A stretch of DNA of 64,000 nucleotides, from positions 966 through 64,965 of the forward strand of contig JAEYQM010000086.1 of assembly GCA_023410025.1 (NCBI GenBank). Direction: 5' to 3'. Shown piece by piece: positions 41,984-49,349 of this stretch (within the stretch, counting starts at the first letter, position 1; every line of letters begins with the position of its first letter). This stretch comes from Bacillota bacterium. Its GTDB lineage: Bacteria > Bacillota_I > Bacilli_A > ML615J-28 > CAG-698. The notes beneath the pieces were generated by a model. The model was not told where the DNA came from and did no database searches. It saw nothing but the letters and a program-made list of their open reading frames with translations. A program made the translations under genes and the position numbers.

Positions 41984-42916
41984 TCACATTATAGAAATTT
42001 TGTTTTTGATTTCATCAATATTATTGAATAAATCAAAAATAATTTCTTCGACCGTTTTTATTTCTTTTATCATTCCTGCAACTTGTCCTGCCATTAAAGA
42101 GCCGTTTACAGTATCTCCTTCAACAACAGCTTTTCTTAATGAACCTAAAGTCATCTTTTCAAGTTCCTCAAGAGTCGCGCCTTCATCGCTTAGACGAATA
42201 TATTCTTTTGCCATTTGATTTTTTAGTACTCGAACTGGAGCACCCGTTTTTCTTCCGGTAACAATAGTATCCGTATCTTTTGCTTCAAGTATTTTTTGTT
42301 TGTAATTTTCATGAATTGGGCATTCTTTACTCGCAAGCATAATTGTTCCAACTTGAACTCCCTTAGCACCTAAGGCAAAACAAGCAATGACCTGTCTTAC
42401 ATCAGCAATACCACCGGCGGCAATAACTGGAATACTTACAGCATCAACTACTTGAGGAACCAATGCCATAGTAGTAAGTTCACCTATATGTCCACCCGAT
42501 TCAGTTCCTTCAACAATAACGGCATCAGCTCCATATTTTTCAACACGTTTTGCAAGAGCAACGCTTGGAACAACAGGAATAACTTTTATACCTGCTTCTT
42601 TAAATCTTTCCATATATGGTATAGGGTTTCCCGCTCCAGTAGTGACAACTGGAACCTTTTCCTCAATAACAACATTAACAATTTCCGAAGCAAATGGACT
42701 AATTAGTAATATATTAACGCCAAAGGGGTTAGATGTTAACTCTTTGGTTTTTCTAATTTCATTCCTAATAAATTCACCATTATTGCCACCTGAAGCAATC
42801 AATCCTAGACCCCCTGCGTTTGATACAGCACTAGCAAGAATATGATTTGCAATATTAGCCATTCCTCCTTGAATTATTGGATATTTAATATTTAAAAGTT
42901 CTGTAATATTTTTCAT
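41984..42916 (-). CDS. fabK: Enoyl-ACP reductase II (FMN, nitronate monooxygenase fold)
   Basis: 310 aa. FabK-type N-terminus (PIIQGGMA...) and conservation throughout. Confidence 0.88.
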   Translation of the reverse strand: MKNITELLNIKYPIIQGGMANIANHILASAVSNAGGLGLIASGGNNGEFIRNEIRKTKELTSNPFGVNILLISPFASEIVNVVIEEKVPVVTTGAGNPIPYMERFKEAGIKVIPVVPSVALAKRVEKYGADAVIVEGTESGGHIGELTTMALVPQVVDAVSIPVIAAGGIADVRQVIACFALGAKGVQVGTIMLASKECPIHENYKQKILEAKDTDTIVTGRKTGAPVRVLKNQMAKEYIRLSDEGATLEELEKMTLGSLRKAVVEGDTVNGSLMAGQVAGMIKEIKTVEEIIFDLFNNIDEIKNKISIM

Positions 42917-42972
42917 TTATTCTCCTTTTAGAGTAAAAGTGGAGGAGACAACCTCCAACTACCTTAATATAA

Positions 42973-43503
42973 TTATTCATCCTCATCATCAATTAATTCA
43001 CCATCAATTTGTAACGCTTCATCATCACTAACATCTTCAATTTCTAAACCTTCATAAAAATTAGTCTCAATTAATTTATTTAGTTCCTCCATAACTTCTG
43101 ATAAATGAAGCATTCTTTCGGTATCAAATTTTCTAATTAAATTTGCAACTAATGTAAAGTAAAACTTACTATAATGTTTTACAATTTTTATACTTTTCTT
43201 TGTAAGATATACTATAATAACTCTTCTATCTTGTTTATGTCTAGTTCTAATGACATATCCCTTTTTCACAAGGCTATTAACAGAAATTGATAATGTACCT
43301 TTTGTAACTTTTAATTGACTAGCAATATCTGACATTGACTTAGTATTTGAGGTTCCAATAATATACAAAACTTTTACTTCATTAGGTGTAACATCGATAA
43401 TATCATAATGTTTTAAATATTCACGTTCAAAAAATTGTAGTTTTGATTGGAACTCAAAAAATGATTCACCGATATTATTTATATAATTATCAATATTCTT
43501 CAT
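42973..43503 (-). CDS. fabT: MarR-family fatty-acid biosynthesis repressor FabT-like
   Basis: Winged-helix region DVTPNEVKVL...KGYVIRTRHKQDRRVIIVYLT resembles streptococcal FabT. Embedded in acc/fab operon. Acidic C-terminal tail. Confidence 0.65.
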   Translation of the reverse strand: MKNIDNYINNIGESFFEFQSKLQFFEREYLKHYDIIDVTPNEVKVLYIIGTSNTKSMSDIASQLKVTKGTLSISVNSLVKKGYVIRTRHKQDRRVIIVYLTKKSIKIVKHYSKFYFTLVANLIRKFDTERMLHLSEVMEELNKLIETNFYEGLEIEDVSDDEALQIDGELIDDEDE

Positions 43504-44299
43504 ATGTTCCAGTCCTTCTATATTTCATATAGCGCTTTTTAATTAATTCTTTTTTATCTATTTTTTTTAATTCATTAATAGTAGTAACTAATTTTTCTTT
43601 AATAATAGAAAAAGAAAAATTAGGGTTTAAATGAAGTCCTCCCTCAACCTCAGGAATTATCATATCAATAATACCAAAACTATATAAATCCTCTGATGTA
43701 AGTTTCATAACAACTGAAGCTTCTTTTGCTCTTGAGGCATCTTTATATAGAATAGAAGCAAAGCCTTCAGGAGATAGAATTGAGTATATTGAGTTTTCAA
43801 ACATCCAAATTTGGTCACTTACACCAATTCCTAAGGCACCACCACTACCACCTTCTCCAAGAACAATTGATATTATTGGTACTTCAAGACCAACCATCTC
43901 TTTTAAGTTATTAGCAATTGCATTAGCTTGTCCTCTTTGTTCAGCACCAACTCCTGGATATGCTCCCGGAGTATCAATAATAGATATGATTGGACGATTA
44001 AATTTTTCTGCTTGTTTCATAATTCTTAGAGCTTTACGATATCCTTCAGGATTAGACATTCCAAAATTATGATATATCTTTTCTTCCGTTGTTGTTCCTT
44101 TTTGTTGGGCAATTATTGTAACAGGAATATTATTTAAAAGTCCAATTCCACAAATTATACTTTTATCATCACCAGATAAACGATCACCTTGTAGCTCAAT
44201 AAAATCAGTAAATAAGAAGTTAATTAATTTTAAAGCATTTGGACGTCTTATATGACGTGCAAGTAGAACTTTATTGAAAACTTGATCAACGTTATTCAT
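43490..44299 (-). CDS. accA: Acetyl-CoA carboxylase carboxyltransferase alpha
   Basis: 269 aa. ClpP/crotonase-like carboxyltransferase motifs (GAYPGVGAEQRGQ). Confidence 0.92.
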   Translation of the reverse strand: MNNVDQVFNKVLLARHIRRPNALKLINFLFTDFIELQGDRLSGDDKSIICGIGLLNNIPVTIIAQQKGTTTEEKIYHNFGMSNPEGYRKALRIMKQAEKFNRPIISIIDTPGAYPGVGAEQRGQANAIANNLKEMVGLEVPIISIVLGEGGSGGALGIGVSDQIWMFENSIYSILSPEGFASILYKDASRAKEASVVMKLTSEDLYSFGIIDMIIPEVEGGLHLNPNFSFSIIKEKLVTTINELKKIDKKELIKKRYMKYRRTGTYEEY

Positions 44300-45171
44300 T
44301 ATTTATCCTCCGAGTGAAGTTTAATTAATCTAGATAATATATCTTTTATTTCATGTCTAGAAACCACCATATCAACAAAACCATGTTGTAACTGGAATTG
44401 TTCAGTTTGGAATCCTTCTGGAAGATCTTGATTAATTGTTTGTTTGATTACCCTTTGACCAGCAAAGCCAATTAAGGAATCTTTTTCAGCAATTATTATA
44501 TCTCCTAAAGAGGCATAACTTGCAAGAACTCCACCAGTTGTAGGATTTGTTAGAATACTAATAAATAATAGTTTTTCCATGTCATGTAGTTTGATAGCGG
44601 CACTTGTTTTAGCCATTTGCATTAGTGAATAAATACCTTCTTGCATTCTAGCACCACCCGATGCTGAAAAGATAATTAAGGGAAGTCGATGTTCAATTGA
44701 ATATTCAATTAATTTAGTTACTTTTTCACCAACAACTGTTCCCATACTTCCCATCATAAAGAAACTATCTAATACACCAATTGCAACTTTTTGTTTATTA
44801 ATTAATCCTGTTCCACAAATAAAAGCTTCAAATTCATTTGTCATTTGTTGGTATTTTTGAATCTTTTCATCATAATCAGGAAAATTAAGTGGATTGTTTG
44901 CTTTAATATTTGCAAATAATTCACAAAAACTATTATTATCTAAAGTTATAGTAAGTCTTTTTATTGCATTAATTTTAAAATGATATGAACACTTAGGACA
45001 TACATCAAGATTTTTTTCTAAGTCTTCGTTAAAGATAAGTTCATTACAATTTTCACACTTTATAAAAAGCCCTATTGGAATATCTTTTTTAGTAACTTCA
45101 GTTGTTTTATTGCGGAAGAGTTTTTTAAAGTACTCGACTCTTTCCTTCCTATCATCGATGAAGTTGCTCAT
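44299..45171 (-). CDS. accD: Acetyl-CoA carboxylase carboxyltransferase beta
   Basis: N-terminal zinc ribbon CENCNELIF...CPKCSYH followed by carboxyltransferase domain. Confidence 0.92.
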   Translation of the reverse strand: MSNFIDDRKERVEYFKKLFRNKTTEVTKKDIPIGLFIKCENCNELIFNEDLEKNLDVCPKCSYHFKINAIKRLTITLDNNSFCELFANIKANNPLNFPDYDEKIQKYQQMTNEFEAFICGTGLINKQKVAIGVLDSFFMMGSMGTVVGEKVTKLIEYSIEHRLPLIIFSASGGARMQEGIYSLMQMAKTSAAIKLHDMEKLLFISILTNPTTGGVLASYASLGDIIIAEKDSLIGFAGQRVIKQTINQDLPEGFQTEQFQLQHGFVDMVVSRHEIKDILSRLIKLHSEDK

Positions 45172-46528
45172 ATTTATTTGCCCTCACTATTTCAAAAAAA
45201 CTATTTACAAAATTTGTATCATATAATCCACGAACAAAATTTGTATTAAACATAATTAGATATAAAAATTCAACATTTGTTATTATTCCATCTATCATAA
45301 ATTCTTCTAATGCTACACGCATTTTTCTAATTGCTTCACGTCTAGTGGGAGCATAAACAATTAATTTTGCAAGCATTGAATCATAATATGGAGATACTGT
45401 GTAGTTTCCATATATATGAGTATCAATTCTAACTCCAGGTCCACCAGGGAAAATAACATTGTTTATTAATCCAGGTGATGGTCTAAAAAAATTATCTGGA
45501 TCTTCAGCATTTATCCTACATTCAATGGCATGACCTTTAATTGTTATATCTTCTTGCTTGAAACTAAGAGGGTTTTTGAAAGCAATTTTAATTTGCTCTT
45601 TAACAATATCAATGCCTGTAACCATTTCTGTCACGGGATGTTCTACTTGAATACGAGTATTTACTTCAATAAAGAAGTAATTGTTGTTTTTATCAACAAT
45701 AAACTCTACTGTTCCTGCACTACGATAGTTACTAATTTTAGCAATTCTAATTGCTGCCTCACCTAGTTCTTTTCTTAATTCATTTGATATAAAAGGTGAT
45801 GGTGATTCTTCAATCATTTTTTGATTTCTTCTTTGAATTGAACAATCTCTTTCCCCAAAATGAACAATATTACCAAAATTATCGGCAAGAAATTGAATCT
45901 CAATATGTCTAGGATTTTCAATATATTTTTCTATATATACAGAGTCATCACTAAAATTAACTAAAGCTTCTTGCTTTGTTTGAAAGAACAAGTGTCTTAG
46001 TTCTTCAGAATTATTAATAATACTAATTCCTTTTCCACCACCACCAGATACAGCTTTAATTAATATAGGGTAACCGATTTGTTCAGATACCTTAATAGCT
46101 TCTTCAATACTTTCAACCGTTCCATTAGATCCAGCAACTACCGGAACATTTGCTTTTTTTGCAATTTCTTTTGCAGTTGCTTTATTACCTAATAATTTAA
46201 TTGTTTGACTAGTTGGTCCAATAAAATTTATATTACACTTTTCAACAATACTAACAAATTTATCATTTTCAGATAAAAAACCATAACCAGGATGAATAGC
46301 ATCAGCACCAGTTGCAATAGCAGCACTAATAATATTAGTAATATTTAGGTAACTATCTGAACTTTTTTCTCCACCAATACAAATTGATTCATCCGCAAGC
46401 TTTACATGTAAACTATTTATATCTGCTTTTGAATAAACAGCTACAGTTGAAATTCCCAATTCTTTACAGGCCCTAATAATACGAATGGCAATTTCTCCAC
46501 GATTGGCAATTAATACTTTGTTTGACAT
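45152..46528 (-). CDS. accC: Biotin carboxylase
   Basis: 458 aa. ATP-grasp, MSNKVLIANRGEIAIRIIRA, GGGGKG. Confidence 0.95.
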   Translation of the reverse strand: MSNKVLIANRGEIAIRIIRACKELGISTVAVYSKADINSLHVKLADESICIGGEKSSDSYLNITNIISAAIATGADAIHPGYGFLSENDKFVSIVEKCNINFIGPTSQTIKLLGNKATAKEIAKKANVPVVAGSNGTVESIEEAIKVSEQIGYPILIKAVSGGGGKGISIINNSEELRHLFFQTKQEALVNFSDDSVYIEKYIENPRHIEIQFLADNFGNIVHFGERDCSIQRRNQKMIEESPSPFISNELRKELGEAAIRIAKISNYRSAGTVEFIVDKNNNYFFIEVNTRIQVEHPVTEMVTGIDIVKEQIKIAFKNPLSFKQEDITIKGHAIECRINAEDPDNFFRPSPGLINNVIFPGGPGVRIDTHIYGNYTVSPYYDSMLAKLIVYAPTRREAIRKMRVALEEFMIDGIITNVEFLYLIMFNTNFVRGLYDTNFVNSFFEIVRANKYEQLHR

Positions 46529-46945
46529 TTATTCAATTACCATCAAAACTTGATCAAAGCCTACTGCTTCACCATTTGCTACTTTAATTTCAGTAACTAC
46601 ACCATCGATAGGAGAAGTAATCTCATTCATAATTTTCATTGCTTCAATGATGCAAAGTGTTTGTTTTGCAGATACTTTGTCTCCCACTTTTACAAATGGT
46701 GGTTGATTAGGGCCACTAGCAGTATAGAATGTTCCTACAATTGGGCTTTTTAAACAGAATTTGTTTTTTTCACAATCTTCATCATGTTTTTGATTGTTTT
46801 GTAATTCAACATACTCTTTTTTCAAAATGGTTGGGTTTGTTAATTTACTAAGCCTGATATGAAAACCTTCGTTAGTTAATTCAAGTTCAGTTAAGTTTGA
46901 TTTCTCAAAATTTTTAATAATAGTTTGTACTTCTTTTAGATTCAT
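46529..46945 (-). CDS. accB: Biotin carboxyl carrier protein
   Basis: Biotinylation motif EAMKIMNEI. 138 aa. RBS AGGAGGG. Confidence 0.93.
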   Translation of the reverse strand: MNLKEVQTIIKNFEKSNLTELELTNEGFHIRLSKLTNPTILKKEYVELQNNQKHDEDCEKNKFCLKSPIVGTFYTASGPNQPPFVKVGDKVSAKQTLCIIEAMKIMNEITSPIDGVVTEIKVANGEAVGFDQVLMVIE

Positions 46946-46962
46946 GTTCCCTCCTATAAAAA

Positions 46963-47014
46963 AATGACGATTATATCGTCATTAAATTTCGTTTGTAAAG
47001 TGACGACATCACTT
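46963..47014 (-). promoter_or_regulatory. acc-fab operon promoter (TTTACA-18-TATAAT) with two TGACGA-containing palindromes
   Basis: On the minus strand, -35 TTTACA (46994-46999) and -10 TATAAT (46970-46975). The -10 is the exact centre of the perfect 9-3-9 palindrome AATGACGAT-ATA-ATCGTCATT (46963-46983). A second palindrome AAGTGA-TGTCG-TCACTT (46998-47014) abuts the -35. Confidence 0.55.
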
Positions 47015-47079
47015 AGTAAAAAGATTGTATAAGTAATTTTGTATTAATTAAAATCGGTATTAAAAATATTATAAAAAAT

Positions 47080-47931
47080 TTAGTAATTAATATATCCAAC
47101 ACCAATAACCGATAAACCTAAGTGAGCTACTACAGTTGCTGGAATATTAAAAACTTCTATTTTTATATTAGGTAATTTATCTTTTATTATCTCTAATACA
47201 AATTCTAAATCTTTAGTATTATCAGTATATGATACATGTACCACACCAGTATTTACATTAACTTTCCCAACTAACATATCAACAATTTTAATTAAAGCCT
47301 TTTTATAAGTTCTAACTGTTTCAGTTGAAATAAGTTTTCCATCCCTACTAAATTCAATTACAGGTTTGATTTTTAAGATATTTGCAACTAATCCTTTCGC
47401 ATTTGATAGTCTCCCATTTTTAATTAGATATGTAAGATTATCAACTGTTAAAAAATATTGCCAGTTCTGCTTTATAAAATCAATGTGCTTTAAGATATCT
47501 GCAACTGTTCCACCATTATTAGAAATTCTAGCAGCATCTAATACCATACTAGTTAGAATAGAAACAGTAGTTAAGGTATCAACAATTTCAATATTTATAT
47601 CATCTATCATCTCTTTTGCAATCATTGCATTTTGATATGTTCCACTTAATTCTTTAGAAATACATAGGAACACAATATCAGTATAACCAAGATCTTTGAT
47701 CATTTCAAAGGTAGTAAGTACTTCCCCCATTGATGGTTGAGAAGTTTTTGGTACATCTACCGAACTTTTAAGCGCATTATAAAATTGTTCATTACCAAAT
47801 TTTTCAAAATCAGTATATACATCACTACCTAAAAAACATGGAAGATTTATCATAAAAATATTGTTATATTCATGTTTTATATTATATATTGATGATGAAC
47901 TGTCTGTAAGAATCGCAATTTTTGTCTTCAT
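47080..47931 (-). CDS. DegV-family fatty-acid-binding protein (FakB-like), second paralog
   Basis: DegV signature (KIAILTDSSSS). Start at ATG 47931 after AGAGAGGA. Directly upstream of the acc operon promoter, same strand. Confidence 0.8.
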   Translation of the reverse strand: MKTKIAILTDSSSSIYNIKHEYNNIFMINLPCFLGSDVYTDFEKFGNEQFYNALKSSVDVPKTSQPSMGEVLTTFEMIKDLGYTDIVFLCISKELSGTYQNAMIAKEMIDDINIEIVDTLTTVSILTSMVLDAARISNNGGTVADILKHIDFIKQNWQYFLTVDNLTYLIKNGRLSNAKGLVANILKIKPVIEFSRDGKLISTETVRTYKKALIKIVDMLVGKVNVNTGVVHVSYTDNTKDLEFVLEIIKDKLPNIKIEVFNIPATVVAHLGLSVIGVGYINY

Positions 47932-47950
47932 AATATCCTCTCTTAAAATT

Positions 47951-47983
47951 AATTTGAAATACAAATAATTTGAATTTCAAATT
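47951..47983. promoter_or_regulatory. Tandem FabT-box-like palindromes
   Basis: AATTTGA-ATT-TCAAATT (47967-47983) matches the streptococcal FabT palindrome ANTTTGA-N3-TCAAATT. An adjacent imperfect copy AATTTGA-AAT-ACAAATA lies at 47951-47967. Both are embedded in a perfect 16-bp inverted repeat AAAATTAATTTGAAAT (47945-47960 / 47974-47989). Confidence 0.55.
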
Positions 47984-48034
47984 AATTTTAACATATAATA
48001 CATTAATTTGTCAATGCATATAATAAATTAAGTA

Positions 48035-48063
48035 TTGGAAATTAATGTTTTATGAAGTATAAT
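48035..48063 (+). promoter_or_regulatory. Sigma-A promoter TTGGAA-17-TATAAT
   Basis: Hexamers at 48035-48040 and 48058-48063, 19 nt before the start codon of the 48082 gene. Confidence 0.55.
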
Positions 48064-48081
48064 TAAAATAGGTGATTAGTT

Positions 48082-48852
48082 ATGAAAGCATATCAATGTG
48101 TCAATTGTAAGTTCTTAACATATGAAAAAAACAAAATCTGTCCTATTTGTGAGGATAATGTGGAAGAAGTAAATGTTCCAAATAGGAATGAAAAAACTTT
48201 TTCTAATCCAATAAGAATAAAAAAATTGAATCAAGATGTAAACTTTAATTACTATTGTTATAAATGCAAGAAATACGGAATAAATAAAATCTGTATGGAT
48301 TGTAATGTTAATTGTTATTTAGGTATTGAAATCAAGGAAAAAAGATATGTTTTAAGTAGAATTAGAAGTCTATCTGAAGTTTATTCCCCAAGTGAAGTAA
48401 AAAAAATAGTTGATGAAACATCAACTGATGATAAAGAATTGATATATAGAAATTTAGAAGAACCTAGTAGATTTTTTTATCGTAAGGATAAAGGTAAATC
48501 ATATACTTGTATATTTATAGGAATATTAATATATATAGCGGGGTTTGCTATTTCAACACAAAATTATAATGATGGATTGCTATCAAGTATTGCTAATGCA
48601 GTTGGTAATGGCGTATTTACAATTTTTTTAGCGTTAGGGATTGGCTATTTAGATAATGCTTATATGATTGAAGAAGAGCATGTACCAATTGTTTTTAGTG
48701 TAATTACACTTGTATTAATGTTGATATATCTAGGAATAGCTGTTGGATTTGATTTGTCATATACAGTAAGCTATTTAATTGGACTTGGATTAATGATAAT
48801 TGCGCTTATTTCTAATTTAATTTATTATTTAGTATTGAGGAAGTTAAAATGA
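48082..48852 (+). CDS. Double zinc-ribbon protein with C-terminal membrane domain, unknown function
   Basis: CVNC-x13-CPIC and CYKC-x9-CMDC motifs, then about 4 transmembrane helices. Same overall architecture as the 30938 gene. Confidence 0.6.
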   Translation: MKAYQCVNCKFLTYEKNKICPICEDNVEEVNVPNRNEKTFSNPIRIKKLNQDVNFNYYCYKCKKYGINKICMDCNVNCYLGIEIKEKRYVLSRIRSLSEVYSPSEVKKIVDETSTDDKELIYRNLEEPSRFFYRKDKGKSYTCIFIGILIYIAGFAISTQNYNDGLLSSIANAVGNGVFTIFLALGIGYLDNAYMIEEEHVPIVFSVITLVLMLIYLGIAVGFDLSYTVSYLIGLGLMIIALISNLIYYLVLRKLK

Positions 48853-49295
48853 AAAAATATTTACTGGCTATAGCAACCTTTATGTGGATTGCCTTTATTT
48901 TTATGAATTCATTACAAACAGGTGTAGAATCTGGTGAAGTAAGTTCAAAGATAACAGAAGTTGTAATTAAAGTATTAAATTTAATTAATATTAATTTAGA
49001 TTTTAACACAACAGCAATTTTTATTAGAAAGTGTGCTCATGTATTCGAATATTTTATTTTAGGAATACTATTTGCATTGACATATATTAATATGATAGGT
49101 AATCTAAATTACCGAATTATATATACTTTTTTATCAGCATTAGTTGTTAGTATATCAGATGAAATCATTCAACTATATGTACCAGGAAGAGTTGGTGCAG
49201 TAACTGATGTATTAATTGATACAATCGGGATAGTTTTAGGAATTATTATAATATTACTAATTATAAAAATTAGAAAAAAGAGAACAGAAGTTTAA
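48849..49295 (+). CDS. VanZ-like family membrane protein
   Basis: 148 aa. VanZ motif region RKCAHVFEYFILGILF. 4 transmembrane helices. Overlaps the upstream stop (translational coupling). Confidence 0.7.
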   Translation: MKKYLLAIATFMWIAFIFMNSLQTGVESGEVSSKITEVVIKVLNLININLDFNTTAIFIRKCAHVFEYFILGILFALTYINMIGNLNYRIIYTFLSALVVSISDEIIQLYVPGRVGAVTDVLIDTIGIVLGIIIILLIIKIRKKRTEV

Positions 49296-49320
49296 CTACT
49301 TGGATAACAAGTAGTTTTTT
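49294..49320 (+). terminator. Intrinsic terminator after VanZ-like gene
   Basis: AACTACTTG-GATAA-CAAGTAGTT followed by TTTTTT. Confidence 0.7.
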
Positions 49321-49321
49321 A

Positions 49322-49349
49322 ATGAAAAAAAGTGCTAAAAAGCACTTTA
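49322..49349 (-). terminator. Intrinsic terminator of pepF
   Basis: On the minus strand: AAGTGCT-TTTT-AGCACTT followed by TTTTTTT. Overlaps the pepF stop codon. Confidence 0.65.

Noticed and set aside
47015-47079. Searched the rest of the accB upstream region and the degV-accB spacer for additional FabT boxes or a terminator separating DegV from accB
   Set aside because: No TTTGA-N3-TCAAA match and no stable hairpin. Read-through from the DegV gene into accB is therefore possible but unproven.
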